NCBI GenBank assembly: GCA_964247135.1
Contig: CAXTTL010000100.1
Location: 1 to 16,632, forward strand
DNA: 16,632 nt
Direction of reading: 5' to 3'
Source of the DNA: an uncultured Deinococcales bacterium
GTDB lineage: Bacteria; Deinococcota; Deinococci; Deinococcales; JAAFIG01
Below, piece by piece: positions 1 through 7,204 of the stretch. The translations under genes were made by a program, and so were the position numbers. The notes beneath the pieces were generated by a model. It searched no databases, had not been told where the DNA came from, and saw only the letters and a list, made by a program, of their open reading frames with translations. The first letter of the stretch is position 1, and each line of letters begins with the position of its first letter.

Positions 1-162
1 TCAGTGTACGTCAGGGTTGCGTTTTAAAAATGAATGGGTTTTGGCTTCAATTGTCCGAGCTTCAAACAAGGCTTTTGCGTTGGTCAGTAGACTGTTCATA
101 CAGATAAGCACGTGTTCTTGAGTGGGGGATTTGAAAATTTAAGGTTTTGACCAACTCGAGTT

Positions 163-1047
163 TCAAGCCAGATCAAACTTGAATAATGTGTGTGCCGGTT
201 TGTGGGTTTCGATCAGATCGCGCAGCAAATCCAGGGTCAAGGCTTCGGGTTTTTTGTTCAACTTGACCCAGAAGACAAACGCCTCTTTGGGGTCTTCGGT
301 CACGTCGGGCGTCAAACCCGTGCAAATTTCGATCATGCGTTCCAGACCGTATTTGGTGCCGCGCCAATGGTAGAGGGTCATGGCTTCGGCAACCAGTTCT
401 CGCTTGCGGCGTTCGGGCATCCTCGAGTAGACCTGAATGCTGAGCCAGCCACCCAGCCACTCGAGCAATTCGGCGGGGGCGGTGCGCGGGTCAAAATAAA
501 ATTCGATGGCGTCGGTGCGCCACTCGAGTGGCTCCCAGACGGTTTCAAAAATTTTCATGAAGCGGTTCATGAAGTCCGACTCTTGAAAGATCACGGGCAG
601 GTCCTGGGTGTACATGGCTTGATCGCTCAAGACAAACGGCGTCGGGTGCTTTGGGCGCGGTGCAATGTCGGGCGCTATCAACAAATCAAACTCGAGTTCT
701 GGGGCTTCCTCGGAGACTGGGACCTCTTCAAAATCTTGGCTGATGCTGTCGCGGTAGGTGATTTTGAACGGACCAATTTGCAACAGCACGCCCTTGATGA
801 GCGGGTACGGTTGATTGGCGACCAGTTTGTAACCCGCCACGAATGTCCCGTACTGACTGCCGAGGTCTGTGATGAGCACCGCCTGTTCGGTGACGTTCAA
901 TTCGGCGTGGCGCTTGGACACCAGCGGCAGGTTTAAGGGCAAATCGTTTTCAGGGGTGCGCCCAATGGTCAGCACCCCTGGTTGCAGTGTCAACGTGTTG
1001 ACCACGCTGCCTTGCAGTTGAACCACCAATTGTCCAGTGCTGGTCAT
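163..1047 (-). CDS. FHA domain fused to a phage tail / baseplate wedge (P2 gpI-like, TIGR02242-type) domain; probable contractile injection system component
   Basis: N-terminal FHA motifs (LTIGR, VSKRHA, ITDLGSQYGTFV, LQIGPFKITY). Acidic/Pro-rich linker. C-terminal LPVIFQESDFMNRFMKIFE..YFDPRTAPAELLEWLGGWL..LYHWRGTKYGL..HKPAHT pattern recognised as phage tail protein I family. SD-like GGGAGAGG directly upstream of ATG 1047. Confidence 0.85.
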   Translation of the reverse strand: MTSTGQLVVQLQGSVVNTLTLQPGVLTIGRTPENDLPLNLPLVSKRHAELNVTEQAVLITDLGSQYGTFVAGYKLVANQPYPLIKGVLLQIGPFKITYRDSISQDFEEVPVSEEAPELEFDLLIAPDIAPRPKHPTPFVLSDQAMYTQDLPVIFQESDFMNRFMKIFETVWEPLEWRTDAIEFYFDPRTAPAELLEWLGGWLSIQVYSRMPERRKRELVAEAMTLYHWRGTKYGLERMIEICTGLTPDVTEDPKEAFVFWVKLNKKPEALTLDLLRDLIETHKPAHTLFKFDLA

Positions 1048-1101
1048 GCCTCTCCCGTTCCCCTCGAGCTGAAGTTGCTGTGGTTCATGTCCGACGAGAT
1101 T

Positions 1102-1107
1102 ATTTTA
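1102..1107 (-). promoter_or_regulatory. possible -10 element (TAAAAT) for the FHA-tail gene
   Basis: Reverse complement of 1102-1107 is TAAAAT; a second TAGAAT lies at 1122-1127. No clear -35. Confidence 0.3.
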
Positions 1108-1172
1108 CGATACCGCTCGAGATTCTATCCTCATTTTCCTTATGGGATGGTTTGGCTGTGGCAGCGGGCGGT

Positions 1173-1185
1173 GGCGACACCCTAC
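1173..1185 (-). repeat. degenerate GTAG-type REP remnant
   Basis: Reverse complement GTAGGGTGTCGCC matches the REP start GTAGGGTGCGCC (5278, 16514) with a one-base insertion. Confidence 0.35.
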
Positions 1186-1188
1186 TCA

Positions 1189-1224
1189 AAAGCAATCAGT
1201 ATTTTGATTTTCTTTGATTGACTT
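1189..1224. promoter_or_regulatory. putative DeoR-family operator (10-bp repeats)
   Basis: TGATTTTCTT (1205-1214) and TGATTGACTT (1215-1224) in tandem, plus an inverted copy TGATTGCTTT (reverse complement of 1189-1198); overlaps the -35 box. Confidence 0.55.
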
Positions 1225-1246
1225 TTAGCTTCAAATTCAGTAACCT
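1218..1246 (+). promoter_or_regulatory. sigma70-type promoter of the sugar operon
   Basis: TTGACT (1218-1223), 17-bp spacer, TAACCT (1241-1246). Confidence 0.7.
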
Positions 1247-1290
1247 TGGCAAACTCTAGACATCTTCAACCCGTTTTGAAAGGACTCGCA

Positions 1291-2055
1291 ATGCTCGAGC
1301 AACGGCTTCGTACCATTCAAGAACACCTGTTTGCCCGTGGTGTTTTGAACATTGACGAGCTGGTCGAAATCACGCGCTCCTCGCCCGCCACGGTGCGCCG
1401 CGACCTGAGCAAACTCGAGCAAGGCGGTGTGATTGAGCGAACCCACGGTGGCGCTCGGCTGGCAGAGTCGAGCAACCATGAAGTCGCCTTCGGCTTGCGC
1501 GAGGGTGAAAATTTCGAGGTCAAACGCGCCATCGGTCGCGCCGCCCACGCCCTGTTAAAACCTGGCAGTACCGTTTTAATGGATTCTGGCACCACCGTTT
1601 TACAGCTCGCCAAAGCCGTCCGTCTCGAGCCGATGCCGCTGACCGTGATCACCAACGGGCTGGCGTTGGCGCAAGAACTGGTCAGCGTGCCAGAAGTGAA
1701 TGTGATCTTGCTGGGCGGTACATTGCGTGCCGACAACCTCTCGAGCGTCGGACCGTACACCGAAAAACTGCTCTCCGAATTCTGGTGCGATCAACTGTTT
1801 TTGGGCGCGACCGCCATCGGTCTGGACGAAAACCTGACGACCCTCGACGCGAATGAGGCAAGCATCAACCGCAAAATGCTGGAACGCACCAAGCAAAGTA
1901 TTTTGCTGCTCGACTCGAGTAAATTTGGTCACAGCGCACCGTACCGTGTCACCAACCTGCTGGGCATTTCGCAGATCATCACCGATTCAAAACTGAACAC
2001 GGCATGGTCGAACCGTTTGGAAACCCTGGGTGTTCATTTCAAAACCGTTCGTTAA
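1291..2055 (+). CDS. DeoR/GlpR family transcriptional regulator (AgaR/LacR-like)
   Basis: HTH SPATVRRDLSKLE..RTHGGA; sensor domain DSGTT, VITN, LLGG, DSSKFG. Start moved from 1246 to ATG 1291 (SD AAAGGA upstream; 1246 lies inside the -10 box). 254 aa. Confidence 0.93.
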   Translation: MLEQRLRTIQEHLFARGVLNIDELVEITRSSPATVRRDLSKLEQGGVIERTHGGARLAESSNHEVAFGLREGENFEVKRAIGRAAHALLKPGSTVLMDSGTTVLQLAKAVRLEPMPLTVITNGLALAQELVSVPEVNVILLGGTLRADNLSSVGPYTEKLLSEFWCDQLFLGATAIGLDENLTTLDANEASINRKMLERTKQSILLLDSSKFGHSAPYRVTNLLGISQIITDSKLNTAWSNRLETLGVHFKTVR

Positions 2056-2085
2056 CTCGAGTGTCGATTCATCAGGAGGCGCACC

Positions 2086-3015
2086 ATGACCGCTTCAACC
2101 GCTGCAAACAAACTCGAGAAACGCCGCAGCAAAGGCTCGAGCCTTCGCCGCGAGGAGGCACTGTGGGGTTTGGCACTGATTCTGCCGAGCACCTTGGGCA
2201 TTGTGATTTTTGCCATTTTACCAATTCTGGGCAGTTTTGGGATTTCGTTTACCGACTGGGGCGGCTTGAGCCTGCCCAACTGGACGGGTCTGGAGAATTA
2301 CAAACAGGCGCTCGGCGATTCCAAAGCCATCGAATCGATTGAACGCACCCTGATTTTTACCGTGATTTCCGTGCCCCTGGGTTTGGTGGTGGCGGTTGTG
2401 CTGGCGGCACTGATTCAAAATTTAAAGCTCGAGAAAGTCAAAACCTTTTTTCGCACGCTGTATTACCTGCCGATGGTCACAATTGGCGTGGCGACCGCGC
2501 TCTTGTTTAAAGTCTTGTTCACCGCCCAGGGACCAATCAATCTGCCACTCAATTTGTTCGGCATTCAGGGACCCGCCTGGCTCGACTCGCCAGATACGGT
2601 ATTGACCGCCATCGCCATTTACAGCGTTTGGCAGGGCGCAGGCTCGAGCATCATTTTGTTCTTGGCGGCGCTCGCCAACGTGCCCAAAGAACTCTACGAG
2701 GCGGCGCAGATCGACGGCGCTCAACCGTTTCGGCTGTTCTGGCACATCACCCTGCCCATGATTAGCCCCACGATTTTTCTGGTACTGATTTTATCTTTGA
2801 TCGGCAGCCTGCAAGTCTTTGAGGCGGTGCTGGTCATGACCAAAGGCGGTCCTGGCGACTCGAGTATGACAATTGCGATGTACATCTACAAGACCGGTTT
2901 TAATTACTTCAAAATGGGTTATGCCACCGCGCTGGCATGGTTGCTTTCCCTGGCGCTGGTGGTCTTGATCGTCTTGCAGTGGCGCTTGCAAAAATCCTGG
3001 GTGCATTATGAATAA
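2086..3015 (+). CDS. carbohydrate ABC transporter permease (CUT1, MalF/UgpA-like)
   Basis: Multiple TM helices, GLENY, FRTLYYLP, EAA loop ELYEAAQIDGA, MGYATA; SD AGGAGG at 2074-2079. Confidence 0.95.
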   Translation: MTASTAANKLEKRRSKGSSLRREEALWGLALILPSTLGIVIFAILPILGSFGISFTDWGGLSLPNWTGLENYKQALGDSKAIESIERTLIFTVISVPLGLVVAVVLAALIQNLKLEKVKTFFRTLYYLPMVTIGVATALLFKVLFTAQGPINLPLNLFGIQGPAWLDSPDTVLTAIAIYSVWQGAGSSIILFLAALANVPKELYEAAQIDGAQPFRLFWHITLPMISPTIFLVLILSLIGSLQVFEAVLVMTKGGPGDSSMTIAMYIYKTGFNYFKMGYATALAWLLSLALVVLIVLQWRLQKSWVHYE

Positions 3016-3862
3016 TTCTGTCCAGGACAAGAATATCCTCCCTCGAGCAAGGCGCGAACGTTGGAGCATTGTTATCGTTTTAGCGCTGGGCAGCATTTTG
3101 ATTTTTGTGCCGTTTTACTGGATGGTGACGATGTCATTCAAAACCCCAGACGAGGCATATCGCTGGCCACCGACCTTGCTGCCCGAAACCTGGACGCTCG
3201 AGAATTTTAAAGGTTTGTTCAATACCATTCCGTTTTTAAGAATGTTCTGGAATTCATTCTGGACTTCATTTTTGATTGCCTCACTGAACATTTTGACGGG
3301 TGCCCCTGCGGCGTATGCCTTCGCACGACTGCGCTTTCCAGGCAAGGGCACGTGGTTTGGGGCACATCTGCTGTCCATGATCGTGCCCTGGCAAATCACC
3401 ATCATTCCGGTATTCTTGCTGATCCGGTTTTTCGGTTGGTACGACAGCTATATGGCACTAATCGTGCCGAGCATCGCCAACGGCTTTAGCGTTTTCATGC
3501 TGTATCAATTTTTCAGAAGCCTGCCCAAATCGCTCGAGGAAAGTGTACTGATTGACGGCGGCAGTTGGTTCACGGCGCTGCGCCACATTGCCCTGCCCAC
3601 CTCGAGCGGGGCGCTTGCGGCGGCATGGCTGCTGGCATTCCTGGGCAACTGGCAATCGTTTTTGTGGCCACTGATTGTGCTGCAATCCGAAGAAAAAATG
3701 GTGCTGCCGGTTGGCTTGCTCTACCTGCAAAATCAGTTCTCGGTCAATGTTCCAGTCCTCATGGCGGGCGCAACCCTGTCGGTGCTGCCCACGATTGTTG
3801 CCTATATTTTCTTGCAACGTTATTTAACCGATGCCGCCATCACCAGCGGCGTGAAAGGCTAA
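3008..3862 (+). CDS. carbohydrate ABC transporter permease (CUT1, MalG/UgpE-like)
   Basis: PFYWMVTMSFK, AAYAFARLRFPG, EAA-like SLEESVLIDGG, WQSFLWPL, C-terminal GVKG; overlaps the previous stop by 8 bp. Confidence 0.95.
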   Translation: MNNSVQDKNILPRARRERWSIVIVLALGSILIFVPFYWMVTMSFKTPDEAYRWPPTLLPETWTLENFKGLFNTIPFLRMFWNSFWTSFLIASLNILTGAPAAYAFARLRFPGKGTWFGAHLLSMIVPWQITIIPVFLLIRFFGWYDSYMALIVPSIANGFSVFMLYQFFRSLPKSLEESVLIDGGSWFTALRHIALPTSSGALAAAWLLAFLGNWQSFLWPLIVLQSEEKMVLPVGLLYLQNQFSVNVPVLMAGATLSVLPTIVAYIFLQRYLTDAAITSGVKG

Positions 3863-3875
3863 ACCATCTTCCAAG

Positions 3876-3902
3876 CTCGAGCCGCAAAACCTCGAGCCGC
3901 AA
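3876..3902 (+). repeat. short direct repeat CTCGAGCCGCAA x2 (15-bp period)
   Basis: Exact 12-bp copies at 3876-3887 and 3891-3902, intergenic, just before the SD of the binding-protein gene. Confidence 0.8.
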
Positions 3903-3916
3903 GCCCAGGAGGTCGT

Positions 3917-5200
3917 ATGAAAAAAGTGTTCGTACTCTCGCTCGCGCTAGCTGGTGCCGCCGTGGTGGCTGCCGCCATCGCCCAGAATTCGGCTGTGACC
4001 ATTCAGTACGCCACCTGGGACGAATCGCGCCGTCCGGTGGACGAAAAAGTGATCAAAGCCTTTGAAGCCTCGCACCCGAACATCAAGGTCAAATACAACA
4101 TCGTGCCCTGGGATGCCTACTGGCAAAAAGCCGCCGCCATGACGGCTGGCGGGGTGACCTTTGACGTGATGTGGATGGATTTGAACAACCTGCCATTTTA
4201 CGTCTCACAGGGGGCGCTCGAGCCGCTGGACATGACGGCTGCCGAAAAGAAGGTGATTCCCGCCGCAATGCTCGCCCCGTACCAAACCAGTTCGGGCAAG
4301 GTTTACGGTTTTCCACTCGGACCCCAGGCGGTCAGCGTCTACGTCAACCGCGATCTGTTTAAAAAACGTGGCGTACCCGTGCCGACCAAAAGCTGGACCT
4401 GGGATCAATTGGTTGCCGCCGCACAAAAACTAACCTATATGGACGGCAACAAAAAAATCTGGGGCATCAACGGGCAAGATTTGCAGATTGACCTCGAGTA
4501 CGGCATGAGTTTCTTTTACACCTTCGGCGGTACAAATATCATCAAAAAAACCGCCACGGGTTATGTTTCCAACCTCGACTCGAGCTTTAAAAGCACCGCC
4601 CAAAAACTCTATGACCTGATTTTCAAATACCATGTTGCGCCGTCCTCCAAAGAGGTCACGCAGGCTGGATACCAGATTTTCCTGGCTGGACAAATGGGCA
4701 TTTACATCGAAGGCACCTGGATGACGGGCGTGCTCAACGGCAATCCCAAATTGAACTGGAGTTACGCCCCGTTCCCAACCCTGAAGGCGGGCGATAAACC
4801 AAGAGCCAGCAGCAGCGCCCACGCCCTGGTGATTCCCAAAGGCGCAAAAGAAAAAACCGCCGCGCTCGAGTTTGCCCGTTACGTGACGACCAATGTTGAA
4901 GCCCAACAATTGATTTCCAACAATGGCTTGCTCGCCACCAATGCCGACGCCTTTAAGAGCCAGTACAGCAAATCCTTACCTGGTCGCAACAGTGAGGTCA
5001 TCCTCGAGCAACTCAAAACCGGCGTGATCATCAATTCTGACGTTCGATTGGTCAGCAATTTGCCCGAGGTTTTGGGCGCCATGAACACCGCCTTTAACCT
5101 GGCTTGGACGGGCAACGGCAAGCTCGAGGATGCCATCAAAAAAGCCAGCACCGACATGGATGTGCTCTTGAAGCAAGCCAAGGTGCTCGAGTTTAAATAA
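3917..5200 (+). CDS. sugar ABC transporter extracellular solute-binding protein (family 1)
   Basis: Sec signal peptide without lipobox Cys (MKKVFVLSLALAGAAVVAAAIAQ); FEASHPNIKV, GKVYGFP, VYVNRDLFKK, WTWDQL motifs; SD AGGAGG at 3907-3912. Confidence 0.95.
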   Translation: MKKVFVLSLALAGAAVVAAAIAQNSAVTIQYATWDESRRPVDEKVIKAFEASHPNIKVKYNIVPWDAYWQKAAAMTAGGVTFDVMWMDLNNLPFYVSQGALEPLDMTAAEKKVIPAAMLAPYQTSSGKVYGFPLGPQAVSVYVNRDLFKKRGVPVPTKSWTWDQLVAAAQKLTYMDGNKKIWGINGQDLQIDLEYGMSFFYTFGGTNIIKKTATGYVSNLDSSFKSTAQKLYDLIFKYHVAPSSKEVTQAGYQIFLAGQMGIYIEGTWMTGVLNGNPKLNWSYAPFPTLKAGDKPRASSSAHALVIPKGAKEKTAALEFARYVTTNVEAQQLISNNGLLATNADAFKSQYSKSLPGRNSEVILEQLKTGVIINSDVRLVSNLPEVLGAMNTAFNLAWTGNGKLEDAIKKASTDMDVLLKQAKVLEFK

Positions 5201-5215
5201 TTTTTTTGAAGATTG

Positions 5216-5239
5216 ATGATTGCCGTGATTTGTTGATAT
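5216..5239 (+). pseudogene. relic duplicate of the 5' end of the pfkB-family gene (MIAVIC-stop)
   Basis: ATGATTGCCGTGATTTGTTGATAT versus ATGATTGCTGTAATTTGTTTACAT at 5398-5421; 20/24 identical. Confidence 0.7.
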
Positions 5240-5277
5240 TCCAAGCTTGAACTCTCACTCAAGCCATTTCCAAATTC

Positions 5278-5376
5278 GTAGGGTGCGCCTCTTGACCCTT
5301 ACAACAGCACCTAGCGGGCTTGGGTCGCCGTGCGCACCGTCTGGAAAGTGCTCTTGGTGCGCATGGCGCACCCCAC
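5278..5376. repeat. inverted pair of GTAG-type REP sequences (REPIN-like), left copy interrupted
   Basis: Left: GTAGGGTGCGCC (5278-5289), ~40-bp interruption, GTGCGCACC (5330-5338). Right: 5356-5376, reverse complement GTGGGGTGCGCCATGCGCACC. Intact relative at 16514-16534. Confidence 0.8.
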
Positions 5377-5397
5377 ACCTCATGTTCTGGAGCTTCA

Positions 5398-6270
5398 ATG
5401 ATTGCTGTAATTTGTTTACATCCTGCCATTGACCGCACCCTCGAGTTGAATACTGCGCTCGAGGTGGGTGGTTTAAACCGTGCGGCTCGGGTGTTTGAAC
5501 GCCCTGGCGGCAAGGGTGTGAATGTGGCGTCGGTGCTGACCAGTTTGGGCGCCGAGGCTTGCGTGATTTTGCCCGTGGCTGGCAGCAACGGCATGAAGCT
5601 CGAGCAATTGCTTCAAAAACAAAACATTTCGAGTTCGGTAATTTCTGTGCCTGGTGAAACCCGAGAGTGCCAGGCGATTTTGGACGGTTCCCAAACGACA
5701 GAAATCAACGAGTCTGGTCCAAGCCTCGCGCCGGATGACCTTCTCGAACTCGAGGCGTTGATTCCAAGTTCGGCACGTTTTGTGGTGCTTTCGGGCAGTT
5801 TGCCGCCAGGTTTGGATGTGCTCGAGTTTGGGGCATTTGTCAAGCGTTTGAGTGTTCGTTACGGGCTTGTGGTGGACACCTCGGGAGTAGCATTAAAAGT
5901 CGCACTCGAAAATGGAGCTGATTTGATCAAACCCAACCAAAGCGAACTCGAGCAATTGGCTTTGACACCCAAGCAACTTTTTCAGAAGTTTGGCACTCGG
6001 GTGCTCCATTCCAAAGGCGCGAATGGACTCGAGTATGTTGGTCCTGAAGGCGGTTTTTCTCAAACCTCGAGCCAGATTGAAGTCATAAGTTCTGTTGGTG
6101 CGGGCGATGCCACGTTGGCAGGATTTTTGTTCGGTCTGGCGCGAGGACGATCAATTCAAGAATCGTTACGTTTTGCCAATGCTTGCGGTGCTGCCGCCTG
6201 TCTCGAGCCTGTTGCGGGCGTGGTCAACCCCCTGAACATCGAGAACTCACTTGGGGTTGTTCATGCCTGA
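5398..6270 (+). CDS. PfkB family hexose-phosphate kinase (1-phosphofructokinase / tagatose-6-phosphate kinase LacC-like)
   Basis: HPAIDRT, PGGKGVNVA, LSGSLPPG, VVDTSG, IKPNQSEL, SVGAGDA. Start at ATG 5398 with SD GGAG (5389-5392); the longer 5320 start runs through REP DNA. 290 aa. Confidence 0.92.
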   Translation: MIAVICLHPAIDRTLELNTALEVGGLNRAARVFERPGGKGVNVASVLTSLGAEACVILPVAGSNGMKLEQLLQKQNISSSVISVPGETRECQAILDGSQTTEINESGPSLAPDDLLELEALIPSSARFVVLSGSLPPGLDVLEFGAFVKRLSVRYGLVVDTSGVALKVALENGADLIKPNQSELEQLALTPKQLFQKFGTRVLHSKGANGLEYVGPEGGFSQTSSQIEVISSVGAGDATLAGFLFGLARGRSIQESLRFANACGAAACLEPVAGVVNPLNIENSLGVVHA

Positions 6271-7204
6271 ATGGATTTTGGGACTCGATGGCGGCGGCAC
6301 CAAGACTGTTCTCGCCGTCGCCAACCGCAATGGCATGGTGCATCAGGTCATTGCGGGTGCAGGCATCAATCCGTTTGACAATCCTGCATGGCAAAGCGAA
6401 CTGAGCCGAATCCTGAACCAGGTTTCGGTGACGCCAGATCAACTTGCCTTCTCGAGCTTTGGAATGCCAGGTTACGGCGAATCGGAATCGATTTCCGCAG
6501 CGCAACTGGCGGCGGCTCGAGGTTGGGCGGGTGAACGCTCTGCGGTGCAAAACGATGTCGCGGTGGCGTTCACCGGTGCGCTGGCGGGGCAAGCGGGTGT
6601 GCTGGTTTTGGCGGGAACAGGTTCGATGGCGTGGGCTGAAAATGCCGACCGCGTGATTCGGGTCGGCGGTTGGGGCGAGGGCTTTGGCGACGAGGGCAGT
6701 GCGCATTGGATTGGACTGCAAGCCTTGCAAAAACTGAGTTGGACAATAGATGGACGGCTTTTTGATGCGGAATTTCGACGGGCGTTGCTCGAGCACATCG
6801 GCATCAAGGACAGCGAATTGATTTCTTGGTTTTACGCGCTCAGTCATCCACGACCAAAAATTGCAGCGCTGGCAAAAGCCGTGGACAAGCTGGCGGGTTT
6901 GGGCAACTTGACGGCAAAACACATTTTGCTCGAGGCGGCGCAACACCTCACCCAACTGGGATTCGCGGCGCATAAACAACTTAAACTCGAGCAAACCAGT
7001 TTCAGTTTCGCCGGCAGCGTTTTTAAAAGCCTGACGGTGCGCGAAACCGTGAAGCACAAGCTCTCAAGCCACGGAATTTGGCTCGAGCCTCGTGGCAGTC
7101 CGTTGGCGGGAGCGCTGCTCTGCGCGGCAAAACACGCGGATTGGGACATAAATCAAAGCTGGCTCGAACAAATCAACCAAAACCTTGGAAGGAAAACACC
7201 ATGA
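6263..7204 (+). CDS. BadF/BadG/BcrA/BcrD-type sugar kinase (N-acetylhexosamine/hexosamine kinase-like)
   Basis: GLDGGGTKT, VQNDVAVA, LAGTGSMA, RVGGWGEGFGDEGSAHWIG. ATG at 6263 overlaps the upstream stop. 313 aa. Confidence 0.92.
   Translation: MPEWILGLDGGGTKTVLAVANRNGMVHQVIAGAGINPFDNPAWQSELSRILNQVSVTPDQLAFSSFGMPGYGESESISAAQLAAARGWAGERSAVQNDVAVAFTGALAGQAGVLVLAGTGSMAWAENADRVIRVGGWGEGFGDEGSAHWIGLQALQKLSWTIDGRLFDAEFRRALLEHIGIKDSELISWFYALSHPRPKIAALAKAVDKLAGLGNLTAKHILLEAAQHLTQLGFAAHKQLKLEQTSFSFAGSVFKSLTVRETVKHKLSSHGIWLEPRGSPLAGALLCAAKHADWDINQSWLEQINQNLGRKTP

Noticed and set aside
519-532. 14-bp perfect palindromes centred on CTCGAG (519-532, 2132-2145, 9935-9948)
   Set aside because: Flanks differ from one another. 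With ~132 cores about 0.5 are expected by chance; three is only marginal and gives no longer consensus.
190-936. 248-aa plus-strand ORF, and similar antisense ORFs at 6224-7057, 13430-14332 and 15041-15814
   Set aside because: Antisense shadows of recognisable genes with no domain signal.
1-1047. Prophage call based on the tail domain
   Set aside because: No integrase, capsid, terminase or other phage genes in the window; the gene carries the host CTCGAG signature and the FHA fusion suggests a domesticated system.
982-1221. 79-aa plus-strand ORF in the divergent spacer
   Set aside because: Overlaps the FHA gene start and the operator region, no SD, no recognisable product.
5198-5207. T-run after the binding-protein stop as an intrinsic terminator
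   Set aside because: No GC-rich hairpin precedes it.
5320-5397. N-terminal extension of the pfkB-family ORF
   Set aside because: Translates REP DNA; family similarity and an SD begin at ATG 5398.
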